A stretch of DNA of 64,000 nt from Lama guanicoe (Eukaryota), in NCBI GenBank assembly GCA_013239625.1, contig MU053334.1, positions 124,001-188,000 of the forward strand, read 5' to 3'. The stretch's first letter is position 1. Each line of letters opens with the position of its first letter. Position numbers and translations under genes: made by a program. Positions 52,301-63,871 of the stretch are shown piece after piece. Under the pieces are notes generated by a model. It saw only the letters and a list, made by a program, of their open reading frames with translations, was not told where the DNA came from and did not search any database.

Positions 52301-55300
52301 ACTGTGGCCTGGACGACATTGAGTGGTTCGTGGCCCGGCTGCAGAAGGCCGCTGAGGCTTTCAAGCAGCTGAACCAGCGGAAGAAGGGCAAGAAGAAGGG
52401 GAAGAAGGGGCCAGCAGGTGTGGGGACGGCTCCGGGCGCCGGGCGGGGGTGGACGGCGGGGCGGACCGAGGAGTGGGGATGGACGGGTGGGTGGCCCCTG
52501 AGCCGGGGCAGGTCGGGTCAGAGCAAAGGAGTGGCAGCAGATTGAGGCCAGACCCACCGGGCGCAGACGGCCCACCAGGCTCACCCCTCACCCCCTGTGC
52601 AGAGGGCGTCCTCACACTGCGGGCACGGCCCCCCTCTGAGGCCGAGTTTGTTGACTGCTTCCAGAAAGTCAAGCTGGCCATCAACCTGCTCGTGAGTGCA
52701 GAGGCTGCCCCGTTGCTCTGTGCTGACGCTGGGGGGGGGTCCCTGCTTGTCCCCAGCTCCACCCCATCTGTCTGCCTGCTCCCCACCCCCAGGCCAAGCT
52801 GCAGAAGCACATCCAGAACCCCAGTGCGGCAGAGCTGGTGCACTTCCTCTTCGGGCCTCTGGACCTGGTGCCTGGGGCTGGGGGGAGGGAGCGGGGGCCA
52901 GCGGTGGGGGAAGCAAGTGCTCACCTTAGGCAGGTGGCTGGGTCCGGCATCCAGACTCCAAGTGGTGGGCGCAGTGGGCCAGCCTGTGGTGCTGCAGGTG
53001 TGGGGTGGGCCCCTCTGACCCACCCTGTGCCCCAGATCGTCAGCACCTGTGGTGGCCCGGACATCGCTCGCTCCGTCTCCAGCCCTCTGCTCTCCCGTGA
53101 CGCTGTGGGCTTCCTGCGCGGCCACCTAGTCCCCAAGGAGATGGCGCTGTGGGAGTCCCTGGGGGAGACCTGGACACGACCCCGGTAGGGCAGCGAGTGG
53201 CACGAGGAGCGCACCAGGATGGGATGGGAGTCCTAGGCAGGGCCAGCCCTGGTGGTGGGCTCGGCTTACCCAGGTCCTCCTACCCCAGCTCCGAGTGGCC
53301 ACGGGAGCCGCAGGTGCTCCCCTACGTGCCCAAGTTCCACAGCGGCTGGGAGCCGCCCCTGGACGTGCTGCAGGAGGCTCCCTGGGAGGTGGAGGGGCTG
53401 GCGTCCGCCCCCAGTGAGGAGGTCAGAGCACCTGCAGCCCCACCCCTCTCCACCTCTGTGCCCCCTGCCCTCGAGGCCCTGACATTGCCTGACACACCCA
53501 GCCCACGTGGTCACTTTCCCACAGCCAACTCCAGTGAGCCGGCTGTCCTTTCGAAACTCCCTGAAGCACGGCCTCATATCTGAGCCCACAGCCCCAGGAG
53601 ACGTCCTCTCCCAGGTCAGCTCCCCGCATGCTCACAGGTAAGCTCTCCTCCGCTCACCCCTCAATTCCAAGGCTCGGCTACAGGTACGCTGCCACCGGGT
53701 GGCGGCAGATGCCTTCTTCTCAACGCGTCAAAATCACATTTTCCACACTAGGGCCAGGTTTCTTTTCATCTCTACTGTGTACGGGTGTGGGGAAAACGTC
53801 AAAAGTGCCCGTAAATCCGCTGCCTTGATGCGCCATCTCTTCCGGCACCTCCATATTTGTGCTTTAGAGTCCTGGTTAGGAATCTACTGAACCACTGAAC
53901 TGAAGTGGCCTCACCAATGCCTGTCGCCCTGTTGGGGCTGATTTAGGTGCAGCCTCAGAGCCAGAGGAGGAGCCGGCGGGTCTGGGCTGGAACAGCCGCC
54001 CCCACTCCCTTCATACACACTTTCACAGACATGTCCCACAACCCTGGGCCCAGGGGAGTCCCTGTCTGTCCTCACCTCCCCTGTTTCTTTCTGTTCTCAA
54101 TCCTGGCCCAGAATTTGAAACCTGGCCAGACCCCAGGATCAATTTCAGGAGAGGAGGGGCTGGAATTCCTGTTTTAAACCAGCGTGCCCCTCCCTTTGCC
54201 CTAAGTCACCAGCCTGATACCCCTGGTCCCTGGCCTGGGCCACCTTTTACCGCCAGCCCCTAGCGGGTTCCCCCTGGCCCATCCTGACACAGCCCCCAGC
54301 CAAGGCTCCTGGGGCCACCTCAGGCTCAGCCCCCAACCCCCCCTCCCCGGGGTCCCAAGGCCTGAGCCTGGAGAGGGAGCCACCCTCATGGTTAGGGGTC
54401 AGACTGACTAGGAGGGATGGCCCAGCCCAGGCGGCAGCCACAGGCCTGCTCCATGCGGGAGCTGGGACACCCCATGACCCCGCAGCTCGTGGGTGGGCCT
54501 CCGCCGTGTGTGCCTGGGCACTGTCTGCAGTGCTGGAAGGGCTGTGACTGAAAGCATCCGGCCCTCCCTCGATGGGCAGCTGCTTTCCAGGGACGGCCTG
54601 TCGTTCCTCTGTTACATGCCTGGCCGTGGGTCCCCAGCGGGGCTGGGCCTGGAGGCCCCTGAGGTGGCCTGGGCAGGGGCGGGCCCTGCCGCGCCCACGG
54701 GCGCCCACGTCCCACCCACCTCTGCTGCCCCCCCCATGCAGGGGCCCCAGACGCAACGAGGCTGTCACAGTTTCTGCTCCCGGCTGACAGCGCAGCCTCC
54801 CTCCACTGCAGAACCGGAGGCAGCTACGCACCTGGGAAGCTGCTGCCCCCGGCCCTGTGCCAGGCCCAGCCCTGGGCCTCAGCCATCCCATTCCACACAG
54901 GGGCTACGAACCCACGCCGGCCATGGCCAAGTATGTCAAGGTCCTGTATGACTTCACAGCCCGCAACGCCAACGAGCTGTCAGTGCTGAAGGACGAAGTC
55001 CTGGAGGTGAGGAGGGGCCCGGGGATGGGGGGAGAGCCAGGGGAGGCCTGACCCCAGGGCTGCAATCTAGGACTGCTGCCTGGCGCCCACCCAGCACAGC
55101 CTGGCTGAGGGGCCTTCCTGTCTTGGTGATCTCGGAGGGGGCTCAGGGACCCCTGCACTGGGCTCGGGCTGGAGGGTGGGCCCTCTCTGTGCCAGGGGGG
55201 ACCCCCAACCCAGCAGGGGCTCATCATTCATGTTCACCCTGGGGGGAACCCTTGGGGGCACCATCTGTGTTGGGTGACCATCCCTGAATCCAGGCCACTC

Positions 55301-56913
55301 ACAGCGGGAGGGAAAGTGGAGCAGCTGCGGGCGGGTGGGGGTGGTGGTGATCCAGATCCACAACCAGGCTGGAGGCTCAGGATGCTGCTAGAGGGGGTGG
55401 AGGGAAGGGGGCCCCTATAGGTGGGATGGGAGGCCAGGTGGGCCAGGGGCACCTGGAGAGGGTGTGACCATCACACTGGGACTAGAGGGGGCAGGCTCAG
55501 GGGAGACTCCTGGAACTCTCTCTGGCTTGTCTGTAAAGGGGGGCTCACACTGGTGGTCCCAGCATCCTGCAGTGGTGCCTATGGCTGGAGGAGGGTGGGG
55601 AGCTGTGGGTCGAGGGTGATGGCGGGCTGTGGCTCCTGCAGGTGCTGGAAGACAGCCACCAGTGGTGGAAGCTTCGAAATCGCAGTGGCCAGGCAGGCTA
55701 TGTGCCCGGCAACATCCTGGCTGAGGTCCGGCCGGAGGATGCCCCCCTCGAGCAGGTGAGGGGAAGTCTGCTCTGTCCCACTGCAGGGTCAGGCCAGGTG
55801 GCTGGGGTGGTGAGAAGGGACAGGAAGGACCCAGCCCTGAGCCTGGACTCTGCTGCAGGGGCTGGTGTCATGGCTCCGGGGGTCTGGGCCAGGACTAGGA
55901 AGGTCTGGCCCATCTACCATGTGGGAGCTGGGGCAGATGCTGGGAGGTGGAGGTAGGGGAGGAGAGGTGGGGAGGGGTGCCTCCCATTCTCCTTACTCCA
56001 GCCCTGTGCGGGGTGGGGGGGCAGGAGGGTGGTCAAGGCCGTGAGGGGTGGTGATGAGCTGAGCCTAACGGCACCCCCCCCACTTTGCTCTTCCCTGCAC
56101 CCCTGCAGGCCAGTCTGAAATACTGGGGTCCCTCCAGCCCAACCCACAAGCTGCCCCCAAGCTTCGCTGGGAACAAAGACGGTGAGGGATGGGGGCCGCC
56201 AGACCCCTGCAGACAAAGGGCCCAGAGCCGGCTGTGGGGGGAGAGGGGAGCCCCGGGGTCCGTGCAGGGCAGAGCCTGAGCCACCGGCGCCCCGCCCGCC
56301 CGCCTCTTAGAGCTGATCCACCACATGGACGAGGTCAACGACGAGCTGGTCAAGAAGATCAGCCACATAAAGGCGCAGGCGCAGCCGCAGCGGCACTTCC
56401 GCGTGGAGCGCAGCCAGCCAGTGCACCTGCCGCTCACCTACGAGTCCGGCCCAGGCGAGGTCCGCGCCTGGCTGGAAGCCAAGGCCTTCAGTGCGCGGTG
56501 AGCCGGCTGCCCCGGGCGGGCAGGGGGCCGCAGGTGGGGGCAACGAGGCCGCCGCGCCCCCGGCCAGGCTCACACCACCACCTCCCTCCCGCCTGCAGGG
56601 TCGTGGAGAACCTGGGCATCCTGACAGGGCCCCAGCTCTTCTCGCTCAACAAAGACGAGCTGCGGAAGGTGTGCGGGGACGAGGGCGTCCGCGTGTACAG
56701 CCAGCTCTCCGTGCAGAAGGCCGTCCTGGAGGTGAGCTGGCCCTCCCCCTCACCCCGCCCCGGGCTCCCGGGGAAGGCGGCCGGCGGGACCCTGACCGCA
56801 GCGGCTGGCCCCTTCCCCTCCCGCCCCAGAAGCAGCAAGGCGGGTCTGAGCTGGAGGAGCTCGTGAGCAAGTTCCACTCCAAGAGCCAGAGGCGGGCGGA
56901 AGAAGACAGCTAG
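40322..56913 (+). CDS. EPS8L2: EPS8-like protein 2 (PTB, SH3, SAM/effector), full spliced CDS span; 20 coding exons, 2154 nt, 717 aa
   Basis: All exons splice in frame with GT-AG boundaries; EPS8-family motifs [20 protein letters not shown] and [15 protein letters not shown]. Confidence 0.97.
40474..40529 (+). CDS. EPS8L2: EPS8L2 exon 3
   Basis: [18 protein letters not shown]; |gtgagt. Confidence 0.92.
41373..41437 (+). CDS. EPS8L2: EPS8L2 exon 4
   Basis: (E)[21 protein letters not shown]. Confidence 0.95.
42112..45702 (+). repeat. 22-bp G-rich minisatellite (GGACCAGGAAGGTGGGGGCCCT)n with higher-order structure, in EPS8L2 intron 4
   Basis: Roughly 150 monomers visible; 21 identical 90-bp tetramers at 43201-45090; array is interrupted by a gap. 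Confidence 0.98.
45278..45537. other. Assembly gap (N run) inside the minisatellite
   Basis: Run of N. Confidence 1.
46398..46532 (-). mobile_element. tRNA-derived SINE (Vic-like) with perfect 15-bp TSD
   Basis: gagttcatatatttt at 46383-46397 and 46533-46547 flank the element. Confidence 0.92.
46740..49150 (-). mobile_element. Long, degraded antisense L1 fragments
   Basis: AT/T-rich block with L1-ORF2 antisense motifs (gtaagttcctttccattc, ggtgttgaattttgtc, tctattgagatg, ctgggataaacctcattt); edges approximate. Confidence 0.7.
49650..49775 (+). mobile_element. tRNA-derived SINE (Vic-like) with 10-bp TSD
   Basis: ggggggagggttagctcagtgg...catgcacgaggtcctggg; TSD aaaaagttac at 49640-49649 and 49776-49785. 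Confidence 0.9.
49928..50009 (-). mobile_element. tRNA-derived SINE (Vic-like)
   Basis: gtgctggggattgaaccaggacctcgtgcatgctgagcactctacccctgagc. Confidence 0.82.
50935..51096 (+). CDS. EPS8L2: EPS8L2 exon 5 (PTB)
   Basis: [54 protein letters not shown]. Confidence 0.96.
51501..51650 (+). CDS. EPS8L2: EPS8L2 exon 6
   Basis: [50 protein letters not shown]. Confidence 0.96.
51724..51803 (+). CDS. EPS8L2: EPS8L2 exon 7
   Basis: [26 protein letters not shown](K). Confidence 0.93.
51887..52029 (+). CDS. EPS8L2: EPS8L2 exon 8
   Basis: [47 protein letters not shown]. Confidence 0.93.
52113..52183 (+). CDS. EPS8L2: EPS8L2 exon 9
   Basis: (G)[23 protein letters not shown]. Confidence 0.92.
52291..52417 (+). 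CDS. EPS8L2: EPS8L2 exon 10
   Basis: [42 protein letters not shown]. Confidence 0.95.
52603..52691 (+). CDS. EPS8L2: EPS8L2 exon 11
   Basis: (E)[29 protein letters not shown]. Confidence 0.95.
52793..52867 (+). CDS. EPS8L2: EPS8L2 exon 12
   Basis: [25 protein letters not shown]. Confidence 0.95.
53036..53184 (+). CDS. EPS8L2: EPS8L2 exon 13
   Basis: [49 protein letters not shown](R). Confidence 0.95.
53289..53421 (+). CDS. EPS8L2: EPS8L2 exon 14
   Basis: [44 protein letters not shown]. Confidence 0.93.
53525..53637 (+). CDS. EPS8L2: EPS8L2 exon 15
   Basis: [37 protein letters not shown](R); cacag| and |gtaagc, phases match both neighbours. Confidence 0.87.
54901..55006 (+). CDS. EPS8L2: EPS8L2 exon 16 (SH3 N-half)
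   Basis: [35 protein letters not shown]. Confidence 0.96.
55642..55755 (+). CDS. EPS8L2: EPS8L2 exon 17 (SH3 C-half)
   Basis: [38 protein letters not shown]. Confidence 0.95.
56109..56181 (+). CDS. EPS8L2: EPS8L2 exon 18
   Basis: [24 protein letters not shown]. Confidence 0.93.
56311..56497 (+). CDS. EPS8L2: EPS8L2 exon 19
   Basis: (E)[61 protein letters not shown](R). Confidence 0.94.
56599..56731 (+). CDS. EPS8L2: EPS8L2 exon 20 (SAM-like)
   Basis: [44 protein letters not shown]. Confidence 0.96.
56830..56913 (+). CDS. EPS8L2: EPS8L2 exon 21 (stop)
   Basis: [27 protein letters not shown] (TAG). Confidence 0.93.
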   Translation, partial: KQQGGSELEELVSKFHSKSQRRAEEDS

Positions 56914-57771
56914 GCTGCCGCGGGGCCGCCCCGCCTGCGGAGGCGTTGCTTCAGCGCCTGCCGTGTTCTGGGACCGTGGACACACGTGGAGAGTGGTGCA
57001 GGCTGGGGGCGGCTCTCCCATCTCCTGGCAGGTGGGGCCTGTCCTCAGGCTCAGCGACGCCCCAGCCCACCCTCCCTACCCCACCCTGAGGCCCACCTCA
57101 GCCAAACGTGCCACCAGGAGGTGCTGGGCCCTCTTCCATCTGCCCCCTGAGGCCAGAGCTGTGGCCATTCCAGACCTGGCCCAGGCCTTCCCCACACCTC
57201 TCCCCGAGGCCGCAGGACCTGCCAGGAGGGGCAGGGACTTTTCCTCCAGCTGCCTCCATCCACACGGGGGTTCCTCCTGGCACTTACCGTCCCACCCATG
57301 ACGGCCGCTCACTTCTGCAGCCACCTGCACCCAACTGCACCCCTACCCCTCCGGACGGACGCCCACTGCCCTTCTGGTCAGCCGCCTAGCCACCCTTGGC
57401 TCTGAGCTGGCCAGGCTGGTGACTCCTGCCCTCAGACGTTGCCCACAGCACCCCCCAGTGCACTACTCCCCAGGGTGGCCCTGGGGTGCTCCAGGCCCCC
57501 CTGGGGTGGGTGCACGCTGTGCTCCCCTTACCGTTTCGAGAGGATGGACTGAACACCTCTCACCCAAGTGCTGGTCTTAGGCACCCCTCACCCCCACCCC
57601 ACCACTGCCCCCACCGCCTCATCAGAGTCCAGGAACTTTCTCTGACCAAGCCTCAGACCCGCCTCACCTGACACGCTGTGCGGGAGGCAGGGTGGGAGTG
57701 AGTCTCGAAGCCATGGATTCTGCGGGTCACACTCGAGAGGTGAGAGGTGGCCGAGGCTCAGAGTCCATGTC

Positions 57772-57777
57772 ATTAAA
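57772..57777 (+). terminator. Likely EPS8L2 polyadenylation signal ATTAAA
   Basis: First canonical-type hexamer I found after the stop (~860 nt downstream), followed by T/GT-rich sequence. Confidence 0.65.
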
Positions 57778-60262
57778 CCATCTGAGTCTCCAGCTGCCCC
57801 TTGTCTATCTTCTGGAGGTGGGGTGGGGTCACTGTGGGTTCTGGAACCACCTGAGGTTGCACCCTTTGGAAGAGCTACAGGGCCGAGGCCAGGCCGTGGA
57901 CCCAGGAGATCCTCCCCTCCACACCTATCCCAGAGGGCCCAGAGGACGTTCCGGGGAAGTCAGGGCCGAGAGGGCTCCCCTGCTCACTCTGTTTGCATTG
58001 TTCTGCCAGGCCAGACGTGCCGAAGGCCCGAGTGGGAGTGGTGGAGACCGGGTCTGCCCAACCTCCAGGCAGGCCGGGGGGTGGGCATGAGTCAGAGGGG
58101 CAAGGCTGAAACCAGATTTAGAGAGCTAAGCCCCAAGTATGAGGGAGGTGCCCCAGAAAGGACGTGGGGCCTGTGGGGCTGGGTAGGCGGTGGGCGGGGC
58201 TGGGGCCGGTGCAGGAGCACACGGTGGGCTGCACCCTACTTCTTGCAGGCACCTGACCACTTGGCCAGCGTCCCTGAGCCCCCTGGACCCTGCCCTTGAA
58301 GAAGGCCTCTGGCACCCTCTGCTGGTGGCTCTGTGTACTGTGGTGTGCAGTGACCAGGGTGGGGGCGTCTTGACCTGTGTATTCCCAGAGTGGCTGGTGG
58401 ACCAACCCTGGCTCAGGGAGTCTGGAGGGCTCGGTTCTGGAGTCTCCGCCCGATGGGCGGGAGCAACCACAGGAAGCGTGGACACAGGGCAGGCTCTGCC
58501 TTTCGGGGGGGATATGGGGTGCCTGTCTCTTGCTAGTTGAGCCCTGAGCCAGGCCCGGTCCCCAGCCTCAGAAGCAGGGCTGAGTCAAGGGGAACTGGGT
58601 GTGTCTGATGCCCTCTGGGCCACACCAAGACTTGACTGCCATGCCCCCTGGGAGAGGAGCAACGGATACCCTGACCAGGTAGCCTCCCCACCCTGCTTGG
58701 TGGAGCCCCTCGCTCAGAGTAGGAGTGGGCACCCCAGCTCCTCCTGCTCCAAAGGAGGCCTCTCCTGGCCCAGGGGTACCCAAACCAGCACTGGAGGTCA
58801 GAGGGCAGCCCCCACCTGCCCACCCTCTGCCCCCACCCAGCAGGGCTTTGGGGAGCCTGCCTCTGAGCTGGGCCGCTTATCTTTTGCGAGCCCCAGGACC
58901 TCCACTTGCTTTCTTCTCACCCCTCCCTCCCCTCCTCCAGCCCATCCACAGGCCACCTCCTGCTTTGTCCCCCTTTGTGCGCCCCGCCCTGCTTCCTAGA
59001 CAGCCTGAGGAGAGCCCAGCTCCCTGTACCCCCAGGGCCCCAGGCCAGCTTCCACTACGCCAGAGCTGCTGGTCCTGGGGGGCCCCGGCCTCACCCATCT
59101 GCTCAGGCCTTGGCCTTCCCCGCTGACTGCTGGGCCCCTCCCAAGAGCAGGCAGCCCTGGGCAGCTGCAGTCACACAGCTGTCAGGGGAGGTGTGCCGGG
59201 TCACTCTGCGCCCCAGCCCAGGGCATCACCATCCAGGGCCCCAGGTTAGGGGTGCCTGAGCACCACCTTCCCTGGAGCCCCGGGGATGTCAGTGTCCGCG
59301 AGGTAGACAGAGAGGGGCCAGGTCGCCTGCCGGAGCCCAGGGTGGGGCAGGGCCTGGCTTCAGTGCAGTTTGGCCCTATGTGTGTCCTAGCCACTCACCT
59401 CCCCACCTCCCACTCCACAGTGGTCAGGCCAGGAAGAGGGAGGCTGCGGAGGGTCTGACTTTGGGCTGGGCAGGAATGTCACTCCAGGGGAGCTGCCAGC
59501 CCCAGGGCTCGCTCTGTGTGCCACGCTGTGCACCAGCAAATGTCCCGGCGAACAAGGCCAGCTCTGTCCTCGGAACAGGCGTGTCTTTGTGAACCTCCTC
59601 CTCCCAGTGGGGCTCTGATCCCCCCTCCTCACCCCCACAGGCCTGGCCCGGAGGCCAGAGGAGCTTCCCACACCATCCGGGTGAAGCTGCTTTTTCCTTT
59701 TCAACTTTTTCAAAATATCTGATTTACTGCGAGGTTAGTGCACAGAATAGCATGAGGGTAAGATGTCCCTCACACCCGTATCAAGCTGCCCGGGACAGAA
59801 CTGAGGTGAGAGGCACACCCGTTAACCTGGAGAAGGTGGGGCTGGCCGGAGAAGAGGACTCACGGCTGAAGGTGGTGCTGAAAGCAGCTCTGTGTTTAGA
59901 GAAACATAAAAAGGATTCCTGTGACCTAGCCCCTCCCCCCCAAAATGATTGACTTCCTCAAGTATTACACGAGAGGCACACTTATCAAGATGGTAGAAGA
60001 AACTGCAGGAAGTATCTTTGTGATGAAACTGACAAGGAACTTTCCACGCAAAACGTCAAAACGGGTGGATGAGCTGGGCTTCATCGGAATGATGACACAC
60101 GTTCACCGGAGGACCCCAAGGGGCTGCGGGAGCTGAGAGGCTGTGGGCCTGTTCAGAAGTGAAACCAAATGGAGCAGACCCCCGAACAGCAGCACCCCAG
60201 GTGGGGTCCCCAGGCCCCTAGTCGGGGGCCTGAGCTCTGAATGAGTTTCATAACAAGGCAGA

Positions 60263-60610
60263 GTATGCTCTAGGTTGAACTGTATCCCCCAAGAATCACG
60301 TAAGGTTAGGTCATTAGGTTGGGTCCTAACCCAACGTGACTGGTGTCCTTATAAACGGGACATCTGGACACAGACCCACACTGAGGAGGTCATGTGAAGA
60401 TGGAGGCAGAGATCAGGCTGATGCTTTTACAAGACAAGGGTTATCAAAGCTTGCAGTCGGGGGAGGGGCCTGGGCCAGATGCTCCCTCCCAGCCTTAGAG
60501 GAGCTGCCCAGGCGGACACCTTAGCCTCCGACTTGCAGCCTGCAGGCCGGGGAGACCGTGAATCCCGGGCAGTCTGTGGTAATTTGCTGTGGCAGCCCCG
60601 GGAGCTAACA
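60263..60610 (+). mobile_element. ERVL-MaLR solo LTR (MLT1-type)
   Basis: ggttgaactgtatccccc...gactggtgtccttataa...gtgaagatggaggcagagat...tgtggtaatttgctgtggcagccc...ctaaca. Confidence 0.8.
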
Positions 60611-60624
60611 TGAAGCGATCTGCT

Positions 60625-61803
60625 GCTTTCTCTGGGCTCACGTTGGCACAGACGGTGCAGAAGCCCCAGCGGGCGAGGCTGCTGGCCCCTCAGCCAGGGT
60701 CTGGGTGCCGGCCCGGCGGGGCAGGGCCCTCATCTCCCCCCCCCACGCCCCCAGGGAAAGAAGCACCAGAGTCCGGATGGGTCCACAGACGTTCCTCATG
60801 TGACTGAGCCCAGTCTCGGCCCCGGAGTGCGAGGAACCGGGTCCCACAGCACCGTGCTGCGCGTGGACGTGGTGCCGCCCTGGGGTGCGCTGAGCCCCGA
60901 CCCCTGGGCTGTGCTGGTCACACCTGGGTTCCTGGCAGCCGGCTTCTCCAAAATGAGGGAGGGACCTGTCACTTCAGGGAAAAGCACAGGCAGGTGGGGA
61001 GGGGATGACTCAGTGGCAGAGTGTGTGCTCAGCACGCACGAGGCTCTGGGTTCAATCCCCAGTGCCTCCATTGAAAATAAAAGATTGATAATAAACCTGG
61101 CTACCTCCCTGCCAAAAATTAAAAATTAAAAAAACAGAAAGAGAAAAACAGAAGACAGCCTTTATTGTCATGGTAAATTCGAGCTTCCTAGTGGAAATTG
61201 GAATTTTGGAACCTGCCACCTTAAGCGAGACCGCTTCCCGAAAAAAGAGCTTTCTAGGGGCGGATGGTGTTGGAGAGCGTGCGTTCCGCGGACGCGGAAT
61301 GTGAAACTGTGACACAGGATGTCACAGCATCACGACGGCCAAACATCCCGTCACAGAGCAAGGTGGACCGAGGGTTCCCGAGGCCCGGGCGAGACGTGCC
61401 CTGGGGGGACCCCGTGCCGGATGGCAGCTCCCCGGGAGACGCCGCTTGTGGGGGTTTGGTGTCGGATCGAAGGGGAAAGTCCTCGATGACCCGAGATGGC
61501 CATCCACGTGCTCCCGCCTTTCCACGTGCAAATCTGTGCGCGGCCGGATTCCCTCCGTGCCTTCAGCATGGAGGACGGGCCCCAGCAGACGGAAGGCGGG
61601 GGCAGGCACGGGCCCCAGCTGCTGTGAAGCCGCGTCCAGGAGACCTGCAAAGACGTGTATTGATGCCACTCTTCTTACCGGATTTTTTTCTAATACAATT
61701 AATACCGACGGTAATAACCCACGTAAACGAGAGTTCTTTGAGGCCCTCAATAATTTGTAAGTGTGTGAAAGTGTATTGAGGCCCCAAACCTCGAGAGTCA
61801 TTG
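60625..61803 (+). mobile_element. hAT Charlie1-family DNA transposon remnant, interrupted by a SINE
   Basis: cctgtcacttcagggaaa, aaattcgagcttcc..gaattttggaa, atgccactcttct and the terminal ctcaataatttgtaag...gagagtcattg match the Charlie1 consensus as recalled. Confidence 0.7.
60996..61140 (+). mobile_element. tRNA-derived SINE (Vic-like) nested in Charlie1
   Basis: ggggagggg..actcagtggcagagtgtgtgctcagcacgcacgaggctctgggttcaatcccc plus A-rich tail. Confidence 0.88.
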
Positions 61804-62697
61804 ACACAGAGTCTGCAGGGAGACCACACGGCCGGCAAAGCCGGTGATCCTAGCGGGAAATGGTCAAGGCCGTGGGGAGCAGTCACGGGGGCCCTGGGGG
61901 CCCCCCGGCCTGAGCAGGTGCTGACAGTCGGCCATCAGAAGGGGCAAACGAGCCTGTCAGCTCTCGGGTGGCAGAGCCAGACGCTGGCCTGGGCCCGCGG
62001 CCCGCCAGGCCGCGCTGGGAAGTCTCCAGAGGACACTGCCGTGCGTGTGGGAGGGGACAGAGGCGGCAGAAGTCACCAGAGAGGAAGACGGGGCAAGGAT
62101 GGGGCACACCCAGCAAGGCAGGTGCCTGTGGGAGGAAAAGGGCTGAGCGAGTATTAGAAGCAATCTGCATTCTGCAGGAGCTCATGCAGAGGACTGGAAG
62201 AGTTCTGCAGGGGCAGGGAACGGCCCCGAAAGGGCGTCCATGGGTCAGTAAAGATGGAGGCAGGTGAAGCCGGGCTCTGTGACCAACCAAACGCTCATCC
62301 CCAGCCCCCAGAGTCGAATCCCTGGGTCCCTCCTGAGTCCTGTGAGCACCTACGCCCCGGAAGGAACTGCTGTCCTGAGTCTGGGGTTCCCCTACACACA
62401 CACTTGAACTTTAAGGCCTGTGTCCACCCCCCGATGCTGTGCAGGCTTTAAAGGGGAAGTTTAAAAGCTCTGGGGAACAGTCTCACCTCCCTGTCGCTCC
62501 CCGCCAAGCTGCAGACCGGACAGGTGCCAGAGCACGTGTGAGGACAGGCTGACCAGGTAACAAACAGGGACCTCCCGCCACGGCCTGTGGGCAGCACAGT
62601 GCAAGCTGCCCCACTGCCCCTCAGGCCTTCAGGTGACACAGCCCAAGCCTTGGGACAGAGCCAGAGCCACCCAGCCCAGCCACCCTCACAGTCTTTC

Positions 62698-63060
62698 ACT
62701 TAAATTGTGGTAAAATAGCTGTAACATAACAGGTGCCCACTTAACCGTTTTTATCTGTGCAGCTCGGGCACTTAGCTCTTTCACACTGTTGTGTGACCAT
62801 CACCATCCACCTCCAGGACTTGTCCATCTTCCCAAAGTGACACCCTGTCCCCATGAAACACAGCCCCCCAGCCCCTGCCCCCACCGTCCTACTGTCTCTC
62901 TCTGTGAATGGTGACCCTGGGGACCCCATGTGAGAGGAATCTCACAGGATGTGTCCCTCTGTGTCTGGCTTACTTCACTGAGCATCACGTCCCCGAGGTC
63001 CGTTCAAGTCGTGTGTGTCAGAACTGTCTCCCTTTCTGAGGCTGAACAACGTTCCTTCAT
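62698..63060 (-). mobile_element. L1M 3'-end fragment (antisense); resumes after the LTR at ~63872-64000
   Basis: aattgtggtaaaata...ttcacactgttgtgtgaccatcacc...tgtgtctggcttacttcactgagcat. Confidence 0.75.
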
Positions 63061-63871
63061 ACAGAACACATTCCTGCACCCAGTCCCAACATGTGCGGCT
63101 TTTTCCCCAAACCACCAAGCACTCCTCCACCACCACCAGCTGGAGGTCAGACAATTCAACTCACTTCTCCTTCTGACTCTCTCCACCTGGAGATTGCACC
63201 AGAGTCCACGGGTCAAGGGCTCAGTCCCACGGGACGGCCCCCACTTCAGATGCCAAGCCAGGTTGCCACCTGTGCTTCTGACCAACCGACGACAAAGAGC
63301 AGGCTCCCACGACCCCCTTCTCTGGTTCGATTGATTTGCTAGGGCAGTTCGCAGAATCCAGGATACCAGTTTACTTACTAGATTGCTGGTTATTACAAAG
63401 GATATTAAAGGGTACGGACAAACAGCCAGAGGAGAGATACACGGGGCGAGGTTTGGAAGGGTTGCAAATACAGGAGCTTCTGTCCCTGCGGAGTTTGGAG
63501 CCCAGCACGTGGACCCGTTCTGGTTCGCCAACCTGGAAGCTCTCTGAACGACCCCCCTTTATGGGTTTTCATGGAGGCTCCACCCCTCTAATCATGGGTG
63601 GCTCCCCTGGCCACCATACCCCCATCCTTGGGGGATTTTCTGGAGTCACCTCACTAACACAGACTCCGCGTGGTCGTGGGAGGCTTGTTATGGATAACAG
63701 GACACCCGTTTCACTTCCTGGCTCTGAAGGGATTTCAGGAACTGAGGCCAAAAGACCCAATGTCATAAAAAGATGCTCCCGTTGCTCTTAGGAAATTCCG
63801 AGGGTTTGGGGGTGTGTGAGCCAGGAGCTGGGGACAAAGATCAACCCTGTATTGACCACAAATCACACTGC
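63061..63871 (-). mobile_element. MER21-like ERV solo LTR nested in L1
   Basis: aattcaactcacttct, agggctcagtcccac, cacttcagatgcca, gatttgctagggcagttcgcagaa, gctcttaggaaattcc; family assigned from recall. Confidence 0.7.
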
